NCBI GenBank assembly: GCA_963816355.1
Contig: CAWFKH010000006.1
Span: forward strand, 192,001 to 256,000
DNA: 64,000 nt
Reading direction: 5' to 3'
From: an uncultured Gemmatimonadales bacterium
GTDB taxonomy: Bacteria; Gemmatimonadota; Gemmatimonadetes; Longimicrobiales; RSA9
The notes under the pieces are model-generated. The model saw only the letters and a list, made by a program, of their open reading frames with translations, was not told the DNA's origin and did not search any database. Made by a program: the position numbers and the translations under genes. This document shows positions 20,317 to 29,894 of the stretch, one piece after another; the stretch's first letter is position 1, and the number at the start of each line of letters is the position of its first letter.

Positions 20317-21864
20317 ATGACAGATTCCGTGAGGGCGGCGCCACGGGCGCTGACGATCGCGGCCGTCGTGGCGGCGCTGTGGACGGCGCTCCCGGCTCCG
20401 GCCGCGGGCGTGGAGGTGGAAACCGGTGCGGCGAGATGGGCGCAGGCGGATCCGGCGGACTCGCTGTACCGGGCAGCGCGCGAGTCCCTCAACCGTGGCG
20501 ACTACGCCGCCGCGGCGCGGGCGTTCGCACGAATTCCGGGGAGGTACCCGACGTCGTCGTACGCGGGCGATGCGCTCTACTGGTTCGCGTTCACGCGCTA
20601 CCGCATGGGCGGGAGCGACGCGTATCACGCTGCGCTGGAAGCGCTCGCGAGACAGGGCGAGCTGTATCCGCACGCGGCGACGCGGGGTGATGCCAAAGCC
20701 CTCGCGGTTCGCATCCAGGGCGAGCTCGCGCGCACGGGCGATGCCGCCGCGGCCGCCGCCGTCGCATCGGCGGCGGACGTCGACGCGACGGAATCGCGGG
20801 CGCGGATCCGGGAGCAGTTGCTTGCGGCGCAGCAGGCCAATTCGGCGAGCGCGAGAGAGGCCCGCCGGCGGGCAGTCGAAGCGGGCATCGTCGCAGGTAG
20901 TGCGAGCGAGGCGCGCATCGCCGCAGGCAGTGCCAGCGCAGTGCGCGTGAGATCCGGTCTCTCCGACGGCTGCGAGCGGGACGATTACGAGGTGCGCAGC
21001 GCCGCGCTCAACGCGCTGGCACAGATGAATGCCGCGCGCGCGCTCCCGGTGCTGAAAGGCGTGGTGGCGCAGCGCGACTCGTGCTCGACGCCGCTGCGCC
21101 GGACGGCGCTCTTCCTGCTCGCGCAGCAGGGCAGCTCGGATGCGGTGGACGTGGTGATCGACGCGGCGCAGCACGATCCGGACGAAGCGGTGCGGCGACA
21201 GGCGGTCTTTGCGCTGGCGCAGGCGCCATCGCAGCCGGCGCTGGCGGCGCTTTCGTCCATCCTGCGCGGATCGAACGACGTCGACATGCAGGGGCAGGCG
21301 CTGTTTGCGCTCGCTCAGCGAAGGGAGCCGGAGGCGTCCGCGATCATTCGCGGCTATGTGACGCGGACCGGCGTGCCGGAGGAGCTCAGGGTGCGGGCGA
21401 TCCTCGCGCTGAGCCAGCGGCCGGGTCCGGCCGATGCCGAGCTGCTGCGCGGGCTGTTCGCGCAGGCGTCGTCGATGAAGGAGAAGCAGGTGATCATCCA
21501 GGCGCTCGGTCAGATGGACTCGACCGACAACGGACGCTGGCTGCTCGCCATCGCGCGCGATCGGAAGAACGACGTCGCCCTGCGCAGACAGGCGCTCTTC
21601 ATGGCCACGCAGCGCCACGACGACATCGGATCAGCGGAGCTCGCGGCGCTCTACGAGGCCATGCCCGAGCGCGAGATGCGGCAGCAGCTGATCATGGCGC
21701 TGTCGCAGCGCCGCGACATGGCGGCGGTGGACAAGCTGATCGACATCGTGCGGACCGAGAAGGATGTCGACCTGCGGAAGATGGCGATCTTCTGGCTGGG
21801 CCGCTCGCCACAGGCGGACGACCCGCGCGTGGTGCAGCTGCTGCAGGATATCATCAGTCACTAG
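20317..21864 (+). CDS. Exported TPR plus HEAT-repeat protein
   Basis: SD aaggag. Signal peptide, TPR-like ADSLYRAARESLNRGDY..YPTSSYAGDALYW, and repeated HEAT units (VRRQAVFALAQ, LRRQALF, LRKMAIFWLG). Confidence 0.85.
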   Translation: MTDSVRAAPRALTIAAVVAALWTALPAPAAGVEVETGAARWAQADPADSLYRAARESLNRGDYAAAARAFARIPGRYPTSSYAGDALYWFAFTRYRMGGSDAYHAALEALARQGELYPHAATRGDAKALAVRIQGELARTGDAAAAAAVASAADVDATESRARIREQLLAAQQANSASAREARRRAVEAGIVAGSASEARIAAGSASAVRVRSGLSDGCERDDYEVRSAALNALAQMNAARALPVLKGVVAQRDSCSTPLRRTALFLLAQQGSSDAVDVVIDAAQHDPDEAVRRQAVFALAQAPSQPALAALSSILRGSNDVDMQGQALFALAQRREPEASAIIRGYVTRTGVPEELRVRAILALSQRPGPADAELLRGLFAQASSMKEKQVIIQALGQMDSTDNGRWLLAIARDRKNDVALRRQALFMATQRHDDIGSAELAALYEAMPEREMRQQLIMALSQRRDMAAVDKLIDIVRTEKDVDLRKMAIFWLGRSPQADDPRVVQLLQDIISH

Positions 21865-23560
21865 CCGCGCCAGCGGAATCGACCGCCGGTGCGCCCCCGT
21901 CTCCCGGCGCACCGGCGGCATCCGCCGCGGTCGGTTCCGCCGGCGTCACCCACCACTCCTTCACGTTGATGAAGGTGCCGCGCACGTCCATGTCGGTGCC
22001 CATCAGTCGGTCGCGCGCGACGTAGAGGATCGGGTAGTAGAAGAGGATCGACCACGGCTGGTCCTCGCGCAGGATCGACTGCAGCCGGTTCCACAGCGGC
22101 TGCGCGCGATCGCGGTCGGCGATCACGGCGAGGCTGTCGAGGAGCGTGTCGACGTGCGGGTTCGCGTACGATGCGATCTGCTCCGGGTTGCCGAGCGCGG
22201 CGGAGTGGAAGAGGTCGTGGAGGTTGAGGCCGAAGTCGGCGTCCCAGGCGAGCAGCACCGCGTCGAAGCGGCGCTGGGGCGAGAGCGCGTCCTGGATGAG
22301 CGTCGCGTAGTCGGTCGGCGCGACTTCCATGCGCACGCCGATCCCGGCGAGGTCCGACTGGATCATCGTGGCGGCGTCGCGGTTGAAGTCGTTGCCCGCC
22401 GGAATCTCGAGCGAGAAACGGAACGGCTTGCCGTCGGGGCCGAGCATGGCGCCGTCGGCGCGGCGGTGGAAGCCCGCCTCGGCGAGCAGGCGGACGGCGG
22501 CGGCGGTGTCGTAGGGAAGCGGCGTCGCGGTGCTGTCGTACGCCCAGTAGGAGGGCGGCACCGGGACCGACGCGAGCTGCCCCTTTCCGGCTCGCAGCGC
22601 GTTCATGATGTCGGCCCGGTCGATGGCGATGGTCAGCGCGCGCCGCACGCGCGCGTCGTCGAAGGGCGCCCGCTTCCCGTTCCAGCCGACGAAGCCGTAG
22701 CGCAGCGACGGCCGCACGATGGCGTGCAGCCCCGGCCGCGCGTCCAGCTCCGTCAGGCGCTGGGGCGGCACGACGAGCGCGAGGTCCGCGCCGCCGGTCA
22801 GCAGCTCGGTGATCTCCGCGTTCGCGTCCGGCACCACGCGCCACACGATACGGTCCAGGTTCGGCCGGCCGCCCAGCGACGGCGCGAAGGTCTCGTTCGC
22901 GACGAAGACCCAGCGGTCGTTCGCCGACTGGGACGCGACGGTGAACGGGCCGTCGCCGACCGGCGCCCGGTTGAACGGCGTCTGCCGCAGGCGCTCCGGC
23001 GGGACGGTGTCCAGCACGTGGCGCGGCACGATCGGCAGCAGGGGCACGCCGACGAGTGGATCCGCTACGGCGCTCAGCGGGAAGCGGACGGTGAAGGAGT
23101 CCACGACCTGCGACGGTCCCCAGGCGGCGAAGTACTGTGCGCTCTGATATGCCGTCGCCGGATCGCGCGCGCGGTCGATCGTGAATGCCGCGTCGTAGGC
23201 GGTCACCGGCTCGCCGTCCGTCCACCGCGCGTCGCGGCGTAGGTGGAAGACGACCGCCGTGTCGCCGCTCATGTCGAACGACTCCGCCAGGGCGGGCCCG
23301 TACTCGAGGTCCGGCGTGTAGCGAAGGAGCGGCAGGAAGAGGAGATAGCGGTTGACCTCCTGGGCGTACGCGTCGGCGGCGACCAGGGGATTCGCGGCGT
23401 CCAGATCCGTCGGCGAGACGATCACCACGGTCCCGCCGCGACGGCCCTCTCGCTCCGTCGAAGCGGGGCGATCGCGTCCGCACGCCGCCATGGAAAGGAG
23501 CACGGCCGTCGCCGCCGCGGCCACCTCCAGGCGCCGAAGCACTGGGCGAAGTCGCTTCAT
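21854..23560 (-). CDS. ABC transporter substrate-binding lipoprotein, family 5 (peptide/nickel type)
   Basis: Lipobox SMAAC; PALAESF, FHLRRDARWTDGEPVTAYD, PVGDGPF, RVRRALTIAIDR. No adjacent permease genes. Confidence 0.9.
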   Translation of the reverse strand: MKRLRPVLRRLEVAAAATAVLLSMAACGRDRPASTEREGRRGGTVVIVSPTDLDAANPLVAADAYAQEVNRYLLFLPLLRYTPDLEYGPALAESFDMSGDTAVVFHLRRDARWTDGEPVTAYDAAFTIDRARDPATAYQSAQYFAAWGPSQVVDSFTVRFPLSAVADPLVGVPLLPIVPRHVLDTVPPERLRQTPFNRAPVGDGPFTVASQSANDRWVFVANETFAPSLGGRPNLDRIVWRVVPDANAEITELLTGGADLALVVPPQRLTELDARPGLHAIVRPSLRYGFVGWNGKRAPFDDARVRRALTIAIDRADIMNALRAGKGQLASVPVPPSYWAYDSTATPLPYDTAAAVRLLAEAGFHRRADGAMLGPDGKPFRFSLEIPAGNDFNRDAATMIQSDLAGIGVRMEVAPTDYATLIQDALSPQRRFDAVLLAWDADFGLNLHDLFHSAALGNPEQIASYANPHVDTLLDSLAVIADRDRAQPLWNRLQSILREDQPWSILFYYPILYVARDRLMGTDMDVRGTFINVKEWWVTPAEPTAADAAGAPGDGGAPAVDSAGAASD

Positions 23561-23680
23561 CGAGCCATCCACCGTTGCTGTTCGTTGGGGTGGCTGAATA
23601 CTGACGCGGCCAACGGCGATCGGCAAGGCCTCGCGCGCCGTCTCAACGCCGGGCCGGTGCGGCGTCGAGACGGCGCGGCT

Positions 23681-25411
23681 TCACTCCTGCGCGCCGCCGC
23701 CCGAGGCGGTGCTCGGCGCGCCGTCGGCATCGAGGATCGCGCGGCCGTCGAGGTCGTCCGGGACGGGGACGCCGGCGAGGCGCGCGAGGGTCGGCGCGAT
23801 GTCGACGGTGGCGACGTGGCGCCGCACGCGCGCGGCCGGGATGCCGTCGCCGAGGAAGATCAGCGGAACCCAGCGGTCGTAGTGGTACGGCGAGCCGTGC
23901 GTGGTGCCGCGAGGCGCGCCGCTCAGGATGTCACCCGGCTGCAGACGGATCTCGATGCCGATCGAGCCGAACGCGTCCGGGACCCGGTCGCGGCGGAAGG
24001 AGTGGCGGAAGAGCGTGACGAAGGAATCCGCGGGCGCGCCGCTTTCGAGCTCGCGGTAGGTGATCGCGTCAGCGACGAAGTCGAAGCGCTCGGCGGCGCT
24101 CGCCGCGCGCTCCTGCGCGGCGGCCGAGGGCTCGCCGGCGGCCCCGGCCGCGGCGTCGTCGCCCGCCTCGGCGGCGCGCGCGGCCTGCAGCGCCTGCCGG
24201 AGCTCGGCGCTGGAGACGCGGCGGCCGGGCTCGCCCATGCGCTCGCGGACCTCGGGCTGCGGCAGCACGCCGTGGTCGGCGGAGAGCACCGCGACCCAGC
24301 GGCCGCGGCCGACCGTGCGGTCGAGGTAGGCGAAGAAATCCCCCAGCTCACGGTCGAGCCGCAGCAGGTTGTCGAGCTGCTCGCGGCTGAAGGGGCCGTA
24401 GCCGTGGCCGACGTAGTCGGTCTGCGACAGGCCGACGGAGAGGTAGTCCGGCACGTCGTCGGCGCCGAGATGGTCGTTGGCGATCGCCGCGCGCGCGAGT
24501 CCGAGCACGGCGCGGTCGACGAACGGGGTGCCGCCCACCCACTCGGCGAAGGCGCCGGGCCGGCCGTGGCGGCCCTCGTCCGCGAAGCGGTGCGGGAAGG
24601 CGGAGTGGACGCCGTCGCCTTCCCAGGTGGCGGTGTCGCCCTCCGTGAGCGGGCGCCAGCGCGCGGGCACCGAGTCGCGCCAGACGGAGTCGCCGAGCAG
24701 CGTCGGCAGGCGCTCTTCCTGGAACGCGCTCACCCAAGCGGGCAGCGTGTCCATGTAGTACGTCGACGAGACGAAGCGACCGGTCGCGTGGTCGAACCAG
24801 TACGCCTGGCCGTGTGCCTTCCCGAGCATCAGGATCGCCGAACGGTCCTTACCCGAGACCGACACGGCGCGCGCGGCCGGATAACGCGCCACCAGCCAGT
24901 CGGCGAAGCCGCTGTGCAGCAGGTTGCGCGGCGAGCGGCCCTGCTCGCCGGGCGCCCCCACGATGGCGACGCTCGTGTCCTCGACGCAGTACATTCTCGC
25001 GGCGCCCGGCTCCGTGCCCATGAGCCAGTCGTTTGCGACGATGCCGCTGTGCGACGGGTAGACGCCGGTGCCGAGCGTTGCGTGCCCTGGACCGGTTTCG
25101 GTGGCGGCGTGGTCGTGCGTCGCGTCGGTGAAGACGACGCCGTCGTCGAGGAGGCGACGGAAGGCGCCGGTGAAGAGCGAATCGTAGCGCGCGACGAGGT
25201 AGGCGGGGAGCTGATCGACGGAGAGCAGCACGAGGAGGCGCGGCGGTGTCGCGTCCGCGGCCGCCCCGGGCGTGGGCGGGGTAGGCGTCGCGGTTGCGGC
25301 GGGCGCGCCGGGGGCAACCGGCGCGCCGGGGTCCACGGACGTGCCGGGTGCGGCGGTGGCGCAGGCGAGCGCGAGGGCGGCGGCGGTGAGCGTCGGGGTC
25401 GTCCGTGCCAT
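23681..25411 (-). CDS. Alkaline phosphatase superfamily lipoprotein (PafA/PhoK-like)
   Basis: Lipobox LALAC; SVDQL, TETGPGHATLGTG (Thr nucleophile), KDRSAI, DYVGHGYGP, SADHG, HGSPYHYD. Confidence 0.9.
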   Translation of the reverse strand: MARTTPTLTAAALALACATAAPGTSVDPGAPVAPGAPAATATPTPPTPGAAADATPPRLLVLLSVDQLPAYLVARYDSLFTGAFRRLLDDGVVFTDATHDHAATETGPGHATLGTGVYPSHSGIVANDWLMGTEPGAARMYCVEDTSVAIVGAPGEQGRSPRNLLHSGFADWLVARYPAARAVSVSGKDRSAILMLGKAHGQAYWFDHATGRFVSSTYYMDTLPAWVSAFQEERLPTLLGDSVWRDSVPARWRPLTEGDTATWEGDGVHSAFPHRFADEGRHGRPGAFAEWVGGTPFVDRAVLGLARAAIANDHLGADDVPDYLSVGLSQTDYVGHGYGPFSREQLDNLLRLDRELGDFFAYLDRTVGRGRWVAVLSADHGVLPQPEVRERMGEPGRRVSSAELRQALQAARAAEAGDDAAAGAAGEPSAAAQERAASAAERFDFVADAITYRELESGAPADSFVTLFRHSFRRDRVPDAFGSIGIEIRLQPGDILSGAPRGTTHGSPYHYDRWVPLIFLGDGIPAARVRRHVATVDIAPTLARLAGVPVPDDLDGRAILDADGAPSTASGGGAQE

Positions 25412-25422
25412 GGGTCGTCTCC

Positions 25423-28041
25423 TCAGTGTGCGCGCTGCCACTCGAGCGTGGACATGCGGTGCGTGCCCGGGTAGGGCGTGTCCTTCCCCTTGACGACGTC
25501 CCAGAGGATGCGGTTGAAGAGGTCGTCGTCGGAGCTGTCCTCGAAACGGAGGTCGAGGCGGCGCGAGTCGCGCGCGCCGGGATTGGAGGCGGCGTTGCGC
25601 TCGTCGAGAGGGACGCCCGGGCGGAGCGCGTCGTAGGGACGCGCGTCGGGCGTCGCCGTGAAGACGTCGCGCAGCGGATGGCCGTAGTAGTCGAACTGGG
25701 AGAGGCTGCCGAGGCCGAGGATCTCCGAGATGGTGGCGATCACGTCCGTCGTGTTGGCGAAGCGGTGGTTCACGCCGGGCCGGCTGTAGGGCGAGATCAC
25801 GAGGAACGGGGCGCGGTGGGAGTCGACGTGGTCGGGTCCGTTCTGCGCGTCGTCTTCGACGACGAACACGACGGTGCGCGGCCAGAAGCGGGAGTGCGAG
25901 ATCGCCTCCACGACGCGCCCCAGCGCCAGGTCGTTATCGGCCATGTAGGCGCGCGGCGTCGGCTCGCCCGGCCGCCCGCCGGCGGTGTGGTCGTTGGGCA
26001 GCCGCATCACGACGAGCTGCGGCATGCGGCCGGCGCGCTCGAAGCCGTGCAGCTCGTCGATGAAGATGTCGGCGCGCCGCTGGTCGGGGATGGCGAGGTC
26101 GAAGCCGGCGAAGTCGCGATTGGTGTGCGCGGCGAGGAACGGCTTCGCGCCGCGGTAGCCAGCGGGCATGCGGTCGTCCGCGTCGACGTCGTCCGGCACG
26201 ACGAACTCGCCGTAGTTGCGGAAGGTGATGCCCGCCCGGTTGGCGAGGTCCCAGATGTAGCCGTTGGCGGGCTCGGCCACGTCCTCGTCGAGCTGGGGCA
26301 CGACGCCGCGGTTGGTGCCTTCGTAGTCGTAGGGTGCGCGCCGGCCCGAATAGTTCGACTCGACGGTCTTCTCGAGGTAGTCGGTGGCGTACGCGGCGGT
26401 CGACCAGTTGTGCCCGTCCGCGCTCACCTCGGCGTTGACGAGGAAGCGGTCGTAGAGGCCGAAGCGGTCGGCGAGCGCGTGGTGGTTGGGCGACACCGTT
26501 CGTGGGAAGAAGACGAGCGCGCTGTCGCCATCGCCCTCCGGCACGTCGCCGAACACCTGGTCGAAGGTCCGGTTCTCCTTGATGATGTAGACGACGTGCT
26601 CGAACGGCGGGTAGGTGGCGCCGGCGGAATGGCGCCGGTCCCAGCCGTTCGCCGCCGCGACCCGCCGCGCGTAGCCCGCCAGCGTCGCCGAGTCGGCGGA
26701 GGCGCCGGTCGCGATCGTCCGCAGCGTGCCCGAGAGCTGGCCGAGCGTGTAGCTGCGGCTGTCGCGCGGGCGCGCTTCGCCCGGCTGCGCGTTGGACGGG
26801 TTCGGCCCCGTCCGGGTGCCCTTGCCGCACACCACGAGCAGCGTGTCGCCGCTCACTCCGACCGCCGTCGGATACCAGTCGACCGGAAGGCGGCCGGCGA
26901 GCCGGTCCGTGCCGGGACCCGAGCCGGTGCCCGACGTGCGCGGCGAGAGGTCGAAGACCGCGACCGCGTTCACGTCCGCTTCCGCGATGAAGAGCCGCGT
27001 TCCGTCCGGCGAGAGCGCGAGCGCGTTCGGTGTGCTCCCCTCGCCGGGGCCCGCCGGCGGCGGGTCGAGCAGCTCCGTGAGCACGCGGCGCGCCCGCGTG
27101 TCGACGACCACCACTCGGTCCGTCGTCGCGGAGGCGACGAAAAGCCGCGAGCCGCCGGCGCCCAGAAGCAGCGCGGAGGGATGCCGGCCCACCAGGATGC
27201 GCCCCTCGTCGCGCAGCGCGCCGCCGGCCGCCGGCGCGAACACGGAGACGGTGTGGCCGCCCCACGCCGACACGTAGACGGTGCCGTCGGCGGCGGCCGC
27301 GACGCCGTACGGGTAGCGCCCCGTCGCGAGCCGCTGCACGACGCCGCCGCTGGCGACGTCCACGACGGCGAGCGAGTCGGCGATGTTCTCTGCGACGTAG
27401 AGCCGCCGGCCGTCCGGCGAAAGCGCAATGCCGGCGGGGTAGCGCACGCCCAGTTGACGCCGCTGCGTCCGCGTCCGCGGCTCGCCGGGCGCGGTGCCAC
27501 GCACCGTGGTCGGCGGCGCCAGACGAAGGCTGTCGCGCAACGTCGCCCTGCCGCCGTTCCAGTCGTAGCGATAGACGACGTCCTGATTTCCGCCGGAGGC
27601 ATAGAGCGTGCGCCCGTCCGGGGCGAACGCGAGGCCGAGGAACGCCGCCGGCTGCACCACCGTCTGCACGACGCGGCCCGATGCGCGGTCGACCACCTGC
27701 AGCCCCTGGTCCCGCCAACCGCTCAACAGCACGACCGCCTCCCGCCCCCCCGGGGCGAGCGCGATCGACAGCGGCAGCGAACCCAGGTCCGTGCGCGCTC
27801 CGGTCGGGTCGAGACGGCGTCCGGTCGGCAGCGGCAGCTCCGCCTCCGCCAGCGCGGGCGCGGCGGCCGCGGGCGCGGACGCAGCCTCGGGCGCGGACGC
27901 GGGTGAAGCGGTGTCTGACGCGGCCGCCCGCGGCGCGGGCGAAGGCCCCGGTGCCGACGTACAGCCCGCGACCAGCAGCAGGGCGCCGAGCGCGGCGCGG
28001 GCGAGGGTGGAGCACGGGTGCGGGCGGATGGGCGTCGTCAT
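25423..28041 (-). CDS. Bifunctional YncE-type beta-propeller / phosphoesterase lipoprotein
   Basis: Lipobox VAGC; propeller repeats (GLAFAPDGRTLYAS, GIALSPDGRRLYVA, ALALSPDGTRLFIA); phosphoesterase motifs YIIKENRTFD, EVSADGHNW, LPNDHT, EDDAQNGPDHVD. Confidence 0.88.
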   Translation of the reverse strand: MTTPIRPHPCSTLARAALGALLLVAGCTSAPGPSPAPRAAASDTASPASAPEAASAPAAAAPALAEAELPLPTGRRLDPTGARTDLGSLPLSIALAPGGREAVVLLSGWRDQGLQVVDRASGRVVQTVVQPAAFLGLAFAPDGRTLYASGGNQDVVYRYDWNGGRATLRDSLRLAPPTTVRGTAPGEPRTRTQRRQLGVRYPAGIALSPDGRRLYVAENIADSLAVVDVASGGVVQRLATGRYPYGVAAAADGTVYVSAWGGHTVSVFAPAAGGALRDEGRILVGRHPSALLLGAGGSRLFVASATTDRVVVVDTRARRVLTELLDPPPAGPGEGSTPNALALSPDGTRLFIAEADVNAVAVFDLSPRTSGTGSGPGTDRLAGRLPVDWYPTAVGVSGDTLLVVCGKGTRTGPNPSNAQPGEARPRDSRSYTLGQLSGTLRTIATGASADSATLAGYARRVAAANGWDRRHSAGATYPPFEHVVYIIKENRTFDQVFGDVPEGDGDSALVFFPRTVSPNHHALADRFGLYDRFLVNAEVSADGHNWSTAAYATDYLEKTVESNYSGRRAPYDYEGTNRGVVPQLDEDVAEPANGYIWDLANRAGITFRNYGEFVVPDDVDADDRMPAGYRGAKPFLAAHTNRDFAGFDLAIPDQRRADIFIDELHGFERAGRMPQLVVMRLPNDHTAGGRPGEPTPRAYMADNDLALGRVVEAISHSRFWPRTVVFVVEDDAQNGPDHVDSHRAPFLVISPYSRPGVNHRFANTTDVIATISEILGLGSLSQFDYYGHPLRDVFTATPDARPYDALRPGVPLDERNAASNPGARDSRRLDLRFEDSSDDDLFNRILWDVVKGKDTPYPGTHRMSTLEWQRAH

Positions 28042-28223
28042 CACGAGTCTCGAGTCGGGGGTCGGTCCGTCGCCGGGGTAATCTACCCGAATCGCGGCGA
28101 GGGTCCACCCGCCCGTGTCACGGGGGCTTCGCGTTCCGGACGGGAGCCGGTTACAATGCTCGCCGCGCGAGGCGAAAAGCGCACGGGCGCGCCACGATTC
28201 CGCTAAACGGGAGGCATCCACAG

Positions 28224-28805
28224 ATGCGGCGGTCGATCATCACCTTCTTCCTGACGATCATCGGCGTGGGCATCCTGCTCCTCGCCTTCGTCTTCTCCGG
28301 CTCCTACGACATCGGGGCGACGTCGCCGCACACGCGCCCGGTGCGACGCCTGATCGGCATCCTGACCGACCGCTCGATCAAGCACCACGCGGCAGCGATC
28401 CAGGCGTCGCCGCTCGACCGCGCCGACCTCGCCGAAGGCGCCGCGCACTACGACGACATGTGCGCCGTCTGCCACGGCGAGCCCGGCAGCGACGAGCGGA
28501 GCGCGATCGCGCAGGGCCTCTATCCGCGCCCGCCTCGCCTCCGCCGCACCGACGACTGGAGCGACGCCGACCTCTTCTGGATGATTAAGAACGGGATCAA
28601 GATGACCGGCATGCCGGCCTTCGGCGCCACGCACAGCGACGAGGAGATGTGGAGCCTCGTCGCGTTCGTCCGCAAGAAGGGCGAGATGAGCGCGCAGGAG
28701 TACCACGACCTCGTCCGGCGCGGGGCGGGCGCGGAGGGCGCGGTGGGCGCGGTGGGCGCGGCGCAGCCGGCCGCGGCGGCTGATTCCAGCCGTTCGGGGA
28801 GATAA
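28224..28805 (+). CDS. Membrane-anchored mono-haem cytochrome c
   Basis: SD ggagg; N-terminal TM; CAVCH; GLYPRPP; GIKMTGMPAF (candidate axial Met). Confidence 0.9.
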   Translation: MRRSIITFFLTIIGVGILLLAFVFSGSYDIGATSPHTRPVRRLIGILTDRSIKHHAAAIQASPLDRADLAEGAAHYDDMCAVCHGEPGSDERSAIAQGLYPRPPRLRRTDDWSDADLFWMIKNGIKMTGMPAFGATHSDEEMWSLVAFVRKKGEMSAQEYHDLVRRGAGAEGAVGAVGAAQPAAAADSSRSGR

Positions 28806-29088
28806 CGGAGGGAGGGGAGGGCGCGGAGGGCGCGGAGGGCGCGGAGCGACTTCTCGTCGCGGAGAGGTCGGAGAGTCGGAGGGCACGGAGGAGGGGTCGG
28901 TCGTGGATGCCTCGGCGGGAAGCCTCGCCGCGCAGTGTCACGACCCGCCCGGTCGGCACGCCGCCTGTGTATCCGGCTGTCGCGCTGCCGGCGCTTCCAC
29001 GCGCGCGGATGCGCGGCGCCGCCGGCCACTGTCGCATCCGCGCCCTCTGCGCGACTCTTCAAACCCCGAGAGCCCGGGCCCGCGGCCC

Positions 29089-29271
29089 AGCGAGAAGAAT
29101 CTCGTAATCGACGCCGGTCCGATCATCGCCATCTGGTTTTTTCTCGGAATCCGGGAAGAATCTCGTAATGGTCGGGCGCTCACCGGATCTCTCTCGAGAT
29201 TGTGCTCGCTTTCCGAGACAAATCCGGATGGCGATCCGGGAGCGGACGTCCATTACGAGAAATTGCTCGCT
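29089..29271. repeat. ~180-bp imperfect palindrome with an internal 15-bp direct repeat
   Basis: The left arm (gcgagaagaatctcgtaat...atcgccatctgg...tctcggaa) pairs with the right arm (ttccgaga...ccggatggcgat...attacgagaaattgctcgc). gaagaatctcgtaat occurs at 29094 and 29155. Confidence 0.85.
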
Positions 29272-29389
29272 CTGCAGGAGGCTGCTCCACGCCGGCCACC
29301 CTGCGCGGCGCCGCACGCCGCGGCTCCGCACACGCCGCGGCTCCGCACCCGCCGCCGCTCCGCGCCCTCCGCCGCTCCGCGCCCTCCGC

Positions 29390-29794
29390 TCAGAGCACGC
29401 GCGCGATCCGGATCAGCCACGAGAGCACCGCCATCACGATCGGCAGCAGCGTCAGGCCGACCGAGAAGATCAACCCCTGCCGGAACAGCAGCGGCCCCAC
29501 CTCCGGCGCCGCGCGGCCCCACAGCCGCGTCGCCGACAACTCCAGCAGCCAGCCGGAGCTGTAGCAGAGGTTCGCGAGCAGCGCATACGCCACCACCGGC
29601 ATCCACAGCCCCGCGAAATGCGCGGGGCGTGGCGGCAGCAGCCCGAAGAAGACCACCATCCCCAGCGAGAACACCCCCGTCGCACCCACCACCGCGTTGT
29701 AGAGCAGCCGCCTCGATTCCCACCACACGAGCAGTGACAGCGGCGTGCGACGGTAGTCGGGCAGCGGGTAGAGGATCTCGGTCAAGGACGTCAC
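29390..29794 (-). CDS. Small integral membrane hypothetical protein (about 3 TM)
   Basis: SD ggagg before GTG; WWESRRLLYNAVVG and ANLCYSSGW motifs; three hydrophobic segments. Confidence 0.75.
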   Translation of the reverse strand: MTSLTEILYPLPDYRRTPLSLLVWWESRRLLYNAVVGATGVFSLGMVVFFGLLPPRPAHFAGLWMPVVAYALLANLCYSSGWLLELSATRLWGRAAPEVGPLLFRQGLIFSVGLTLLPIVMAVLSWLIRIARVL

Positions 29795-29894
29795 GAACGC
29801 CTCCAGGGTTCACAGTCCCATGTACTTTGCCGCGCAAAGCTACGGCGCGCAAGACCCGCTCGTCACCCGCGCCGCGACCCGCATCATCGCAATC

